This document shows positions 24,676 to 38,749 of a stretch of 64,000 bases of DNA, in pieces. Numbering within the stretch: the stretch's first letter is position 1; every line of letters starts with the position of its first letter. Under the pieces are notes generated by a model. It was not told the DNA's origin and searched no databases. It saw only the letters and a list, made by a program, of their open reading frames with translations. The stretch covers positions 82,460,001-82,524,000 of the forward strand of contig OX597815.1 in the NCBI GenBank assembly GCA_951406725.2, in the 5' to 3' direction. Origin of the DNA: Octopus vulgaris. Lineage: Eukaryota. The translations under genes and the position numbers were made by a program.

Positions 24676-26655
24676 GGAATGGCTGAAATGTAGGGATGAG
24701 CTTGTAGACGGAAATTTCTTATCAGATCGACCATATTTCATTTTTGGTCGAGTTAACGGGAATTTTCGAAAGAGAATTGTGTTTAACTTCATACATAATA
24801 TAGGTGACATGTCTTGCCTATATTACTGAAAACAGTCTCTCGAATAAAAGATAAATATAATCCATACATTTATTTAATGTGTCTCGTTTCTTGATTTGCC
24901 ATTGCACCACAATTTTATAAACAATTCTCACTGGGTGCGTGCATGTATAAATATGTGTGTGGGTGAGTGGGTGTGTGTTGATTCACCATAAGCAATTAAT
25001 TACAGAACTCACTACGAATGTAGAGTATTCTTCAAAACCTTGTAACTGAAAGTTCCAATATCTATCACTCAGAATTACTCGTTTCCGACCATCAGCTGTA
25101 AACCGAGTCTTATTGTGTTTTGAAATATTTTCTGAAATATTTTCTGAAATATTAATTAAAAGTTTGAAGAAAATATTTATTTATGTTCTTTTGAGGTTAT
25201 ATTATATATTAAAAGACATTTGCTCGACGTGCTGTGCAGTGGGATTGAACCAGGAATCATGTGATTGGGAAGCAACTTCTTTCCACCCAGCCGTGCCTGT
25301 GCCTTACATTTACACACGCGGGCGCGCATACACTGACATGGGTATGTATAATATTTATATCATGTAATGTTTCGATATATAAAGATTATAAACCAATTAT
25401 TATATAACATTTTATTTTATTGTTGCAATATTCCAAAGTGTATTTAAATGTATCAGTGTACATATATTTTATGTTTCTTTGAGAATCTATTTTCACAGTA
25501 TTGAGCACTCTTTTAACTAAGACCTTTTTTTTTAATATCGAGATGTTACAGTATTATACATATTATATTATATCAATAGAATATTTGAGATGTTGGCTTA
25601 TTTCAAATGTTTATCGTTAATGCTTATTTTACTACGGAGGAAATTGTAAATGTACGCTGCTTGTTTATTTAAGATTTGTAGCTTATTTCGTTTGATCTGT
25701 TTAGAGAAAAACGACATCTAGTTTTGTCTGTTCCTACAAAATTTACTATGGCTGGAATGATTATAAACAGTGAACTCATGCATAAAAATTTCACTTTCCA
25801 CATTAATATTTCATATTTATTTAAGTGTCCGATGGTTTTGATTGTGTTGTCTAGACTGCTGAAATGTATAACATCACTCATAAACTCTCCATACACACAA
25901 ATACATACATGCACACACACTCCCTCCACATTAATATAGAGCACATGCTATAAAGCACAAGGTATTCTGCATTTTTAATAAGTATAGAATTTTAGCCGCT
26001 GTGAAGACTAAAAAAAGTGGTTGCAACACAAGTTTTATCTCTCTGAGAGAATCAAATCTAAGATCAGCTTGACTAGGTTCTAGTTTCCTTATTCCTTCAT
26101 CATGGAAAGAAAACTCATCTTTTGTCCTCAGAGATATTAATAGCTTAGAGCTATTTATAGTATATACAAAGTATGACAGCTAAACTGGCGAGTCTTATTG
26201 GAAACAGAATGGGTGCGTAAATGTGGATTAATAAAAGCAGCACTGTCGTTCAGGCAAATTTGAAATGTTAAATATATACGTTTTAACGAACATTGAATTC
26301 TAGACTCGTTGTGAAAAACTAAATAAATGACTACACCAGCGAATTTGTCTCCCTGCTTACTTTTCAAACCGTGGCTTAACAGTTTAGCTGAGTCCCACAT
26401 TATACATATAGACTAAATATAAATATAATCTGCTGATCTGTTCGACGAACGTAAGGACCGTAGCGACCGTAGGTGGGCTACTTTCCCTTATGAAGTTATA
26501 AGTAGATGACAAATTGATCAGATTAATCCTACATTTTCTGCTCCCGAAGAGATAAAATTTGTGGTGCAATAGCTTTTTTCTTCGCTGAAAGGGTAGAAAT
26601 TGTATTCTTATTACAAAAAGTATATCATACATTTCAATTAACTTTCATATATACT

Positions 26656-26727
<72 letters not shown>

Positions 26728-27221
26728 CATATATATATATATTTATATATATATATATATGTTTGTATGTATGCGCGCGCACACACACACACACACAAAT
26801 ACACATACACATAAACATGTATGTGTATTTGTGTGTGTATGTGTGTATGTGCGTGTGTGTGTTGATTTTGTTGCTAAATTTTCATTAATATCTTTTTGTT
26901 AATATTGTTATTGTTGAACTTTACATCTGAAATGTCAGCAGAGATGTAGTAGTTGCAGTGATGGCGGCTGCGGCGTTGGTGCCTGCAGTGCGGGGGGGGG
27001 ATGTTGAGATAAGGGAACAGTGATGTGTGCAGAGGTCAGGTTAACATCACTTATTGATTGTTGTTAAGGATTTGACCTTTCAACACCTTCCCAAACTCCG
27101 ATCACTTGTTCCTCTCTCTCAACCATCACCACCAAAAAATCCTGGCTGTTTACCTTTCATCAATGACAAGTGAAGGTGATGGTGGAGGTAGGGCTTTTAA
27201 TACGCTGCTGGTACTTCTTTT

Positions 27222-27850
<629 letters not shown>

Positions 27851-28243
27851 GGAGAGAAGTTTATGGGGTAGCTGAGTAGGTGGTCTTGTTGCAGTAATCA
27901 TTATTAACCACTCTGCTGTGTAATTGAGTGTTCTTCGAAGGAACGATGTGAAGAGAAAGAGGAGATTCTTAGCGATTAGGGCATAAAGAAGGGAAGAGAA
28001 TGAAGATGAAAGCAAAGTGGAGATAGAGAAGGAGTGTAAGAAAATGCAGGAAACGAAGAAACCAAACGAGTGATGGGGAGAAGGAGAGGTGGAGAGAAAG
28101 GATGATGAGATATAGAGAAAAAGACAGTTAGGGAGAAGGACAGAAGTGAGAGGAAAGAAAGTAAGAGCGAAATCGTTGTAAGAAAGGAGATACAATGGAA
28201 GGAAACATGCCATAACATACACACAAACAGACAGACAGAGAGC

Positions 28244-28279
<36 letters not shown>

Positions 28280-28666
28280 GGGAGAGAGAGAGGGGAGAGA
28301 AAGTGTGAGCGAAAAAGAGTGAGAGAGTGAAACAAGGACTCAGAAGGACTGTGTTGTATTCTTAGAATGTGGGTGCAATATGTGTGTGTGAAAGAGTGGT
28401 ATATATATATATATATGCATGTATGTATGTATGTATGTATGTATGTATGTATGTGTATGTGTGTTTGTGTGTGTGCATGTGTGTGTGTGTGTGTGTGTAT
28501 TTGCGTGTGTGCGTGTGCATGCGTATATGTAGTTGAAACCAAAGGGAAGTAAAGCACACATAAAGAGATTGTTAGATAGAAAATTAAGAGATGGAGTGAT
28601 GGATAGATAAATAGGTTGATTGACGTTCGAACATTGCGTACTATTCTCTGTCTCTCTCTCTGAGAG

Positions 28667-28710
<44 letters not shown>

Positions 28711-28954
28711 GGGAGGAAGAGGGTGAAAGACAAAGAAATTGAGAAATTTAAATGAAGATAAAATGAGAAGAGAGAGAAAAAGAAAGACTATGTTCATGTA
28801 TACATTTGTGTTTGAATCATTGATGGAGACTGATATAGGGAGAATGAGAGACAAAATAGTGACAAACGAAATACATAACTATCTAGATAGACGGATTGTT
28901 AGATAGACAAACAGACAGACAGACAGATAGATAGATAGATAAGTCCGTCGTATG

Positions 28955-29008
<54 letters not shown>

Positions 29009-29127
29009 TAAAAGGAATTCCAACCTTGTCTGATTTTCACGTTTTATTTACAATCATATAATGATATAATATATGATAATATAATAAAATAAAATAAAAT
29101 AATAGAATGTTAAATGTTCATTCTGAT

Positions 29128-29172
29128 TGAACTAGTACTTTCATGCATTAATTTATGCAATCTTCAGGTTCA
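29128..29172 (-). ncRNA. Minimal hammerhead ribozyme, family 2
   Basis: tgaac-CTGAAGA-ttgcat(aaatta)atgcat-GAAA-gtac-TA-gttca on the minus strand. Confidence 0.85.
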
Positions 29173-29248
29173 TGTAGTAGTGGTGACAGTCATGCTTCAC
29201 AATTTTGACAGTCAAAAATTGTGAAGCATGACTGTCACTACTACTACA

Positions 29249-29293
29249 TGGACCTGAAGATTGCATAAATTAATGCATGAAAGTACTAGTTCA
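29249..29293 (+). ncRNA. Minimal hammerhead ribozyme, family 2
   Basis: tggac-CTGAAGA-ttgcat(aaatta)atgcat-GAAA-gtac-TA-gttca. Confidence 0.85.
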
Positions 29294-29446
29294 ATCAGAA
29301 TGAACATTTAACATTCTATTATTTTATTTTATTTTATTATATTATCTTATATTATATCATTATAAGATTGTAAATAAAACGTGAACATCAGACAAGGTTG
29401 GAATTCCTTTTATTAATATATTCTTCTATACACAATCACACACACC

Positions 29447-29494
<48 letters not shown>

Positions 29495-29535
29495 CGTGTA
29501 TGTATGTATGTATGTATGTGTGTATATATATATAT

Positions 29536-29762
29536 CTGTAAAAATGTAATATGTGACAATTATTCGGTAGCCATGATGCAACTTTTCCGATAGTCAGATA
29601 ACTGAAGAGATGGCGGCGTGGATTTGCACCTCGGCATCCGAAACTCGAAGTTTTATCATGGCTGCCGAATAATTGTCACGTATTACATTTACAGATAAAT
29701 TCCTCTATTTACATAATATCGAGGTCGCTTTCATTCTTTTGTTGTCTCACCACTTTTATCAA
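29536..29762 (+). mobile_element. Fold-back pLTR-like element (arms 29536-29584 and 29648-29694, plus tail)
   Basis: ctgtaaaaatgtaatatgtgacaattattcggtagccatgat pairs with atcatggctgccgaataattgtcacgtattacatttacag; encloses a hammerhead motif. Confidence 0.8.
29597..29657 (+). ncRNA. Type I hammerhead ribozyme, family 3
   Basis: gataa-CTGAAGA-gatg..catcc-GAAA-ct(cga)ag-TT-ttatc. Stem I is 5 bp, stem II is imperfect, and the cleavage triplet is GUU. Confidence 0.7.
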
Positions 29763-29832
<70 letters not shown>

Positions 29833-31149
29833 CATGTGCGTGTGTATTTGTGTGTGTATTTGTGTTTGTCCCCCACCATCGCTTGACAACAGTGTGTTGG
29901 TGTGTTTACGTCCCCGTAACTAGCGGTCCGGCAAAAGACCGATTGAACAAGCCGTAGGGTTGATTTGTTTGACTAAAGACAAATAACTGAAACAAGTAAA
30001 TGAATAAATGAATAAAAGAATAAAAGAATATCTGAAAGTAGAATCTAAGCAACACAACTCGTAAGAAAGAGATTAAACAAAACATTTCCTGGTTTCATGA
30101 ACCATTTTTGAAATATTTCTTCTAAGTTAATGCCTTTTTGTTGATAATCGAAGTGTATGATGATAATAATACTGCTGCTGTTGGTAGTGATGATGACGAT
30201 AATAGTGATGATGGTGATGACTTGTTAGTATTACTGGTTTCAAATTTTGGCACAGGGCCAACAATTGCTGAGGTGGATTTACATCGCCTCCAGTGCCCGA
30301 TTGGTTATTCTATCGACCAGTCGACCACGTTGGAATTTGAACTCAGAACTTAGCGACGGACGAAATGTCGTTAAGCATTTCGCACGGCGTGCTAACGATT
30401 CTGTCAGCTCACATCTTTATTTGTTAGTGTTATTAAGCTCAAATTATTGCTGTCCGTTGAGATCATTTGTTGCCATTCATTCGTATCCGTAGTCCCACTG
30501 GATTTAGACGGGAAATCTCCACAAAATCACACTTACCACCTTACGACAAGTGGAGGGTTACTTATGGCATACTACAAAAAAAAAAAGAAAAAAGAAAGAA
30601 AGAAAATAGAAAGTGTTGCTAGGTTCAAAACATGAATGCTCTTGATCATAATACTGCTTGAGCTGCATTAACTTAGACTATGCAATCAAAACGGCAGCAA
30701 CCAATGTCCTAATTGCTTGCGGGTTTATTCACTCATTGCAGATCATGCATTTGTATACACCATCCATATACGCATCACGACCCTATGTAACGCTTTTAAA
30801 CTATACTATAATGAAGAGCTTGTTTTCCCGAAAGTACCAAGGCTAAATAACATCATTTTTCAAATCATCATTTTAAATTATGATAAATTTTCATATGCAC
30901 TGTGAACAACGAGAAAATGGATCTGACACAAATTCGTGGCTCTTGTTTATAACTTCAGCAAACAAATTATTTACGGATAAAATATTTGCTTGGATAAAAC
31001 CTTTGTCAATTTGCTTACAGTGATTAAATGCTCATACCCTATAACACCTGTTAACAACTGGATGAATTGGACCATGTGAAAGTTAAGTAATGCGGCTACT
31101 TACACTCGACAGAAGTTAAGTATACGAACCATTAACTCTCAGTTAATGT

Positions 31150-32716
31150 GATTGTAACAATTACCGTGGTATATCCCTTCTAAGCACTGTTGGAAAGACC
31201 TTTGCCCGCGTTACCCTGGCCAGGCTACAACTACTTGCTTCTCGAATCTATTCGGAATTGCAGTGTAGCTTTAGAAGAAACAGATCAACTATCGATATGA
31301 TATTCTCCATACGCCAACTTCAGGAGAAGTCCAGAGAGCAGAAAATGCCATTATATATGGCCTTCATTGATCTAACAAAGGCTTTTGACTCGGTAAGCAG
31401 AACAGGCCTCTTCATCCTGCTCCAAAAAATCGGATGTCCACCAAAGCTGCTGAAGATCATCAAGTCTTTCCATGATGACATGCAAGGCACCATACAGCAC
31501 AACGGTTCAACATCAGCCGCCTTCCAAATAAAAAACGGGGTAAAGCAAGGTTGTGTTCTCGCTCCTACATTGTTTGGCATCTTCTTCTCGCTCTTACTTT
31601 CACATGCCTTTCAGACATCAGATGATGGAGTGTTTCTGCACAGTAGAAGTGACGGGAAACTGTTCAATCTCTCGCGCCTGCGTGCCAAGACCAAAATCAG
31701 AAACGTCCTGATCAAGGAGATGTTATTTGCTGATGATGCCGCTCTGGTAACACACACAGAAGAAGCCCTCCAAAGGCTCATTAACTGTTTTGAGCAAGCA
31801 TGTAACGACTTTGGCTTAGCTATCAGCCTTAAGAAGACCAACATCATGGGCCAGGCTACATCGGACATCCCAAACATACATATTGGAGACCGCAGATTAC
31901 AAGAGGTGGAGAAGTTTACCTATCTGGGCTCTACCGTCACCTACAACCTATCCCTTGACGTTGAGCTCAATATACGCATTGGGACAACAATATACGCTTG
32001 GGGCAACAATGAGCTGACCAAGACCACGAAAATGATCAACCAGGCATGTGTACTCAGCACTCTACTGTATGGAAGTGAGACCTGGACGCTATACACACGC
32101 CAAGAGCGTCGCCTAAACATCTTTCACCTGCGCTGCCTCCGAAAAATCCTCCGCATCAAATGGTAGAATCATATCCCCAACAAAGATGTCCTCAGGCAAG
32201 CAGGAATACCAAGCATGTTTGCACTCCTTACACAAAGACGTATAAGATGGTTTGGGCATGTTAGCCGTATGAAAGATGGCAGAATCCCCAAGGACATACT
32301 CTACGGAGAGCTTGCTAGGGGTACTTGGTCTGTGGGTAGACCGATCTTACGTTACAAGGATGTTTGCAAAAGGGACATGAAGGCCTGCAACATCAATATT
32401 AGCGGTTGGGAGGCAGTTGCCGGCAACCGTGGAGAATGGCGACGTACCGTAAAAGAGGGAATACAAAGGAGTGACAGAGAGAGAGAGGAGAAATGGAAAG
32501 AAAAGAAGAGACGTCAACAGGAGACTATGGCATTACAACCAGCCGGGAACAGTCTTCGCTACATTTGCGGTACCTGCCAGAGGGAGTGTTTGTCCAGGAT
32601 AGGACTACACAGCTACAGCAGGAAATGTATCAGGACATGAAATATAAAAGCCGGACTAGACTACTTTATGCGCAACTCCATTGTCTCCCGAGACAGAAAG
32701 GATGCCAACCAGCCAA
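31150..32716 (+). mobile_element. RTE-clade LINE, 5'-truncated (RT pseudogene 31150-32640)
   Basis: DCNNYRGISLLS, STIDMIF, FIDLTKAFD, GVKQGCVLAP, LFADD, FTYLGS, LLYGSETW, RWFGHV.RM..GRIPK, C-terminal C..C.R.C.S.IGL.S. In-frame TAG at 32164, a small internal deletion near 31990, and a short 3' UTR with a tgtctc/gagaca hairpin. Confidence 0.95.
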
Positions 32717-33989
32717 CTCTCAGTCAGTAATATGGTACTTTGACATTCTTGTTGGAGTGATATATAATCACATAAGAAGAATGTACTTTCAGGTTTTGGA
32801 TATCTAGTTAAAGGGTTCAAGAATGTAGATTAAACAAAACAAATGAAAGTTCACGTTACATTTGTCACATTCTCTTCGTCGAAAACAATCTGCACATCTG
32901 CAGTAAGGTAAAAAAGCAATACGAGAATATTTATATCATTTATCGTTAAAATCTTTCCGGAGCACACAAAACTGTGGTTTTGATAGCAAAGTCTAAGATT
33001 TCAAAATTTGGTCCTTATCGATTGTTACTCTACATCGGAAATGTGTTCAAATTGTCAAACTCAATTTGACGTCACATAGAGTATCTAGAGATAAATACGG
33101 CAAACCATGTGACAGCGATACAGCCTAGAACGTGACACTCTACACGAAACATGGTACACATCTTACTGCATATGCTAAGAGGCTAAACATTACAGGCCAG
33201 ACTTAATGCATTCCATAATAATGATCCTGCAATGTTGTGTTACTGCACTCCAAGCAATTTGCATTGAGATTCAAACACTTCAGTAATCTACCTGTTTAAT
33301 CAGAGTTTCTACATGAACAGTATGAGTGCTAGAAAACTGGTATAGTGAAAAAATTAAAACTAAATGTCGTGTCCAAGTATACTTGGCAATAAACAACACG
33401 ATCTCGTGACCTGATGTGGCAAGTATTCGTGATATAGCCTCACGTTCAACATTTCAAACCACTTCGCAGCTTGTTCCAACATAATCACTTTTCATTTTAT
33501 GATAGATTGACAGACATAGCAAAGTATTAAATAAAACAATTTGCTCAAAGGCACAGCTGTTGATCTTTATATAATTGGGTGAGTAGGTTAAGATGCTAGT
33601 TACCTATTCTAGCATATTTCTCAGACACTTTCTATTTTCTTATTTTATTTCTTTCTGTTTCGATCACTCTTTCTCATTCACAAACTTAGCAGCTTACAAA
33701 ATTTTGATCTAGTTGTGGAGACAGATATAGTGTAGGGGCCAAAATCCCGGTGAATAAAGCATGTGACGTAAGTTTGATTCTCTAGTCTGTCTATTTGAAA
33801 CTGCTAGCATCTTTGGGAAAAACCTTGAACATTGGAAAACCCATTTCTCTGATAATCGTATATCTTATGAAACGTTATGTAATAGAATCTATATAGTTCA
33901 TGTAATGAATAATCATTTATTCCTTTTATTAATTTAGAAAGGATATTAGCTCGCCCTCTAATTTATTTTGTGTGTATACGTATATATTT

Positions 33990-34255
33990 TATAATTCCTG
34001 ATGAAGAATTATTACATAAATTTGCGATTAATTAATTGAGTATGAATTAAAACAATTGTAGGAATGATTATCAATATAAATCCTTAAAATCCTTTAAAAT
34101 GTTTTAGCCCGAAGGCCGCGGCCATGCTGGAGTACCACCGCTGTTTATAAATTAATTATGTTTATAAATTAATTATTAATCGTTAACTCTCCATTTTCTG
34201 AAATTGAATATGGATTATATACTTAATATATACCTATTTATAAGCTATATACAAG
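33990..34255 (+). mobile_element. PLE pLTR-like fragment, family 4, with decayed hammerhead (33995-34064)
   Basis: ttc-CTGATGA...AAAA-caattg-TA-ggaa; homologous to 36560-36775. Interrupted at ~34080-34142 by an inverted LINE/SINE 3' tail. Confidence 0.65.
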
Positions 34256-34906
34256 TGACAGGATAGCTAAACGAAAATACATGATGCATAGTTATCCAAT
34301 CAAACTTTTCTGCAATTTAGTTTGATATATCTAATGATTGTCTCTGTTTTTTTTTTCTGGTGGAGATGCTAACACAACACAGAAAGTATGTAGCCATGAT
34401 AAAAAAAAATATTGCAACAGATCCCATACTACTTCACAGCTAGAAATCTTTATGTTAACTATTTAAATAGCTACGCTGCGCACATTCGCTGGTATTGTTC
34501 TTATCCAGTCAGAGAAATAATATTACATCGATAAAAATTCGAGTTTACTCTGCTATAAACATTACCAAGAGTACCTTTATAGAGTCGAGAACGACTGCCA
34601 ATGTAGCTCGCGAGCTCATCGAAAAACTAGGATTATATTTCCTGCAAACTGATGTAGTTTAAGTTCAAGAAAACCGGAAAGTGCAATAATATATAATCTG
34701 CATAAAAAAAGAACATTGCTTAAAGAATATAGGTAGACTGTAGAGATATAGAATGTTATATATTTGAAGGGGTTTTCGTTGAACCTCTAATCCTTATTTC
34801 TCAAGCCTGGAATTCATTCTATCCGTCTGTATAGATGTAATGCTGTGTTACAGGACGTGAACAAATCAACATCAGTTGTTAAGCTGTAGGGATAACAACC
34901 ACTGAT

Positions 34907-34974
<68 letters not shown>

Positions 34975-35910
34975 ACACCACACACACACCACACATACTC
35001 ACACACAATCACATACACACTCGCCCCATCCCGACACACACACGTCAAATATTCATATACATTTAACGAGCTTCCATGGAGTTTTCGACTACCAAATTCA
35101 CCCGCAAAGATGTGTTTAGCCCAGGGTAATTGTAGAAATCACTTGCCCAAGGAGCCGCGCCCTGTGACTGAACCCAAACCCATGTGCTTGCAAAGCGAAT
35201 TTCTTAATCACATAGCCATGCGCAATAGTCTGCCGTGGAAATTAAACGTCTTGGGTATCTAGTGAGATCTTATCCAGGTTTGGTATGGTTTTCTATGATT
35301 TGAAATTTTGCAGAATCAAAGGTAGAATAAATTGAAAGCTGATGCTATGCTTGAAAACAGCTGAATGGGATAACTCATCAACATAAATGGCATGTGCTAT
35401 CCATTTCGGAAAAGTGCAATGTAAATGGCCAGTAACTGACATTATATTACCATGACATTATTAAAGTACAAACTGTTAAGAAATATGAGGCAGATGTAAA
35501 AGCAGACACACTGCCAAACATTTTCATTGATAGAAATATAATAATTAGTGAGATTGCAAGCAAAGCGAATGACAAAAAGACTAATAAATGAAGTGAAAGA
35601 AAAAACAACTTTAATTGGCAAAACGTAGAAAATACAGCAGAATTTTATGCCACAAGAAGAACTGGTTAGAAGAAACAGCTGTGACCACATTATTAAATAC
35701 GGACATATTTGATAATAATGGTACATTACATTTCAACGTTCGCCTTTTCTCTCGCTCAACCATAGTCTCTCTTTCATCTTGTATATGTTTGTATGTATAT
35801 ATATATTATATATAATTAAGAGGAGAAAATGGAGAGTTAATGGGTAATAGTTAATTTATTAACATATTGTTAATCATTCCTACAATTGTTTCAAATGTTT
35901 ATACTCAATA

Positions 35911-36155
35911 GGCGCAGGGGTGGCTGTGTGCTAAGACGCTTGCTTCCTAAGCACAAGGTTCCGGGTTCACTCCCACTGCGTGGCACCTTGGGCAAATATT
36001 CTCTACTATAGTCTCGGGCCTATCAAAGTCATGTGAGTGGATTTCGCAGATGGAAACTGAAAGAAGCCAGTCGCATATATATATATATATATATAGTGTG
36101 TGTGTGAGAGAGACAACAAAGCCGAGGGCATTTATAAAGAGAAAGTTAGTCTTAC

Positions 36156-36199
<44 letters not shown>

Positions 36200-36356
36200 G
36201 TGTCTGTGTTTGTCCCCCACCATCGTTTAGCAACCAATGTTGGTGTAACGGCAAAAGAGACCGGTAGAATAAGTACCCGGCTTACAAAGTCCTGGGGTCG
36301 ATTTGTTCGACTAAAAGGCAGTGCTCCAGCTTGGCCGCAGTCAAATGACTGAAAAC
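35911..36356 (+). mobile_element. SINE family A, near full length
   Basis: ggcgcagg..tggctgtgtg A-box, gggttcactccc B-box, accttgggcaa core, internal (TA)n, and the 3' tail gtgctccagc.tggccgcagtcaaatgactgaaa. Confidence 0.9.
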
Positions 36357-36567
36357 ATGTCACCGAATAACTAAGTTCAAGTTTTTGTAACAAATTTGCA
36401 TTTATAAGTTGTGAGCAAAATATCACCAGGGAAATATAAGACATAAAAGAATTACATGATGAATAATTTGTTTTTTTCCAACAGACTAAATATATGAATT
36501 TCATATATTTAGACAGCTGGAAAGAACAAATTTTTCGACATGTAATTGATCTTTTAATGTCTTATAT

Positions 36568-36663
36568 TTCCCTGATAATATTTTACTCACAATTTATAAA
36601 TAAAAATTTATTACATAAATTTATAATTTATTAACCGAGTATGAATTGAAACAATTGTAGGAA
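36568..36663 (+). ncRNA. Decayed hammerhead, family 4, long stem II
   Basis: ttcc-CTGATAA-..tactc...gagta..-GAAA-caattg-TA-ggaa, with one core substitution. Confidence 0.6.
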
Positions 36664-37598
36664 TGATTATCAATATGTTTATAAATTAATCATTAATCGT
36701 AATCTCTCCATTTTCTTCAATTGAATATGGATTATATAGTTAATGTATACCTATTTATAAGGTATAAAACCAGTGTAATCTTGGAAGTAATCACCCCTTC
36801 AAGAGGTTAATATATCCTCGCATTAACTTAGATATATACATATGTGTGTATTTGCGTGTATATGCACGTGAGTACGGATGTTTGTATGTACGTTTTTTAT
36901 GGTATATGTGTATGAGTATCTAATAGAGTATAATATATTGTAGAAAAAAATAATGTTAATGGAATAAAAATAATATCTCAAAAACAGAATTTAGAATATC
37001 AGTTAACTCATGAAAAATTGTTGTAGTAAGAATGTGCAACACACACAAACACACATATTTAATAAACCACACTTATACATGTAATATATAAAGATATATA
37101 AATATTCCTTTAAATTTTCTGTATGGGGTATATTTCAGGTCTATTCTTCGTGTTTGTTTTAACTTATAGTCATATACTTACTACCTGGTCAGTTGATGTG
37201 CACTCTCGGGAGCTCAGTATAATGCTTAGATAAAATAAAATTGCACTACCTAGGTTCATTTGCGTCTCTCTACCCTACTTAGAAAAATAAAAGTGATTAC
37301 CCTAATGTAATTTATGGTTCATTGATCCCCTCAGCAAATGACAAGTTCTCCCTCAATCTTACGTCAAAGAATTGTTTTAGCAAGCAGCCATTTTATTGAT
37401 GAGATTATGATTAAAGTGGAAACGAGGGAGAAATAACAACACTTTTATTGCGTTTGGATGAAATATTCCAGTAATGTTATTGAATATAAATGGTATAAAA
37501 TTTCGCGCTCTGACTCTGATATAACATCAGGATTCTGAATGTTGCTTTGAAATTTGAGAGGAAATGCTTCTAAGTGATAAGAAGACAATAAAAAGAGT

Positions 37599-37925
37599 AG
37601 GTGCATGGCTCAGTGGTGAGAGCGTCGAGGCTCACAATCATGAGGTAGTCAGTTCGATTCTAGACTGGGTTGTGAGTTGTATTCTTGAGCAACGCATTGT
37701 ATTTCACGTTGCTCCAGTTCACTCAGATGTAATTACTACGTCACAGCTGTATCGGCCTTTGCCTTTCCCTTGGATAACATCGGTGGTGTGGAAAGGGGAG
37801 GCTCGGTATACATGAGTAACTACTGGTCTTCCATAATCAACCATGCCCGGACTTGTGCCTTGGAGGGTAACTTTATAGGTGCAATTCCATGGTCATTTAT
37901 GTCCGAAGGGGGACATTTTACCCTT
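37599..37925 (+). mobile_element. tRNA-derived SINE, family C-related
   Basis: tggctcagtgg A-box, agttcgattct B-box, cttgagcaa..tatttcacgttgctccagttcactcag core. Confidence 0.75.
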
Positions 37926-38673
37926 TAAGAATCCAAGTCAAATCCAAGCTGTATACTTAAATGATGTATGAAGAAGACCGTTGTTACTGATGCCGAACCG
38001 AAATAAGAACTAAATTCTATTGAAAACTGTTTTTTGAAGGGAAGGTTAGGATGCGATAATATCACTATGGCCATTCGAACTATATAAAGTGCTATTAATA
38101 AACTGGAAAAAAAACTCTGGTAGGTACCTACAAGAGTGGTTTCATCTCACTTTATGCTTTACAAGAATTTAATTACAAACTACACATGCAACACTCTAGC
38201 TAAACGCTGATGGAGAAGTTTAAGGTAAAAATCGGAAGTTCTTATGAATTTCAGTAGACCTTAATAATAATGTTCATAAAATGGCAGTGACAACTCTGAA
38301 AATCAAAGCAGTGATAGTTACATTAGAAAGCAGTTCCTAGTGTAACGGATTCGGAGCTGATGGATGGATATGGTTCAGAATGGCAAAGACAAGTTAGATA
38401 CTGTGACATGATATACATGACATATTGAATACTTGGAGCATGCATCTTAAGTTGCAGGATTACGAAGGAATTATACATAAATAACATAGGAGCTATTGAG
38501 TAAAGGAGTGAAAATGGAAGATGAAATGGGACCAATTAGATTCCGGGTCTTGTTGAGAGCATTATAAAAGCACACACACTCACACACACACACACTCACA
38601 CACACACACACACTCTGTCTCTGTCTCTGTTTCTGTCTCTGTCTGTCTATCTGTCTGTCTGTCTGTCTGTCTG

Positions 38674-38749
<76 letters not shown>

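Larger units (their letters stand above)
29005..29448. mobile_element. Inverted pair of solo PLE pseudo-LTRs (fold-back, centre 29210)
   Basis: ~205-bp arms meeting at ttttgac-a-gtcaaaa. Sequence matches 18620-18868 of the coding PLE. The right arm has ~28 extra nt. Flanked by (TA)n. Confidence 0.93.
35821..36800. mobile_element. Fold-back pair of family 4 pLTRs (centre 36499), left arm interrupted by a SINE
   Basis: ctaaatatatgaa-t-ttcatatatttag centre. 36385-36498 is inverted relative to 36500-36620, and 35821-35907 is inverted relative to 36637-36718. Confidence 0.8.
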
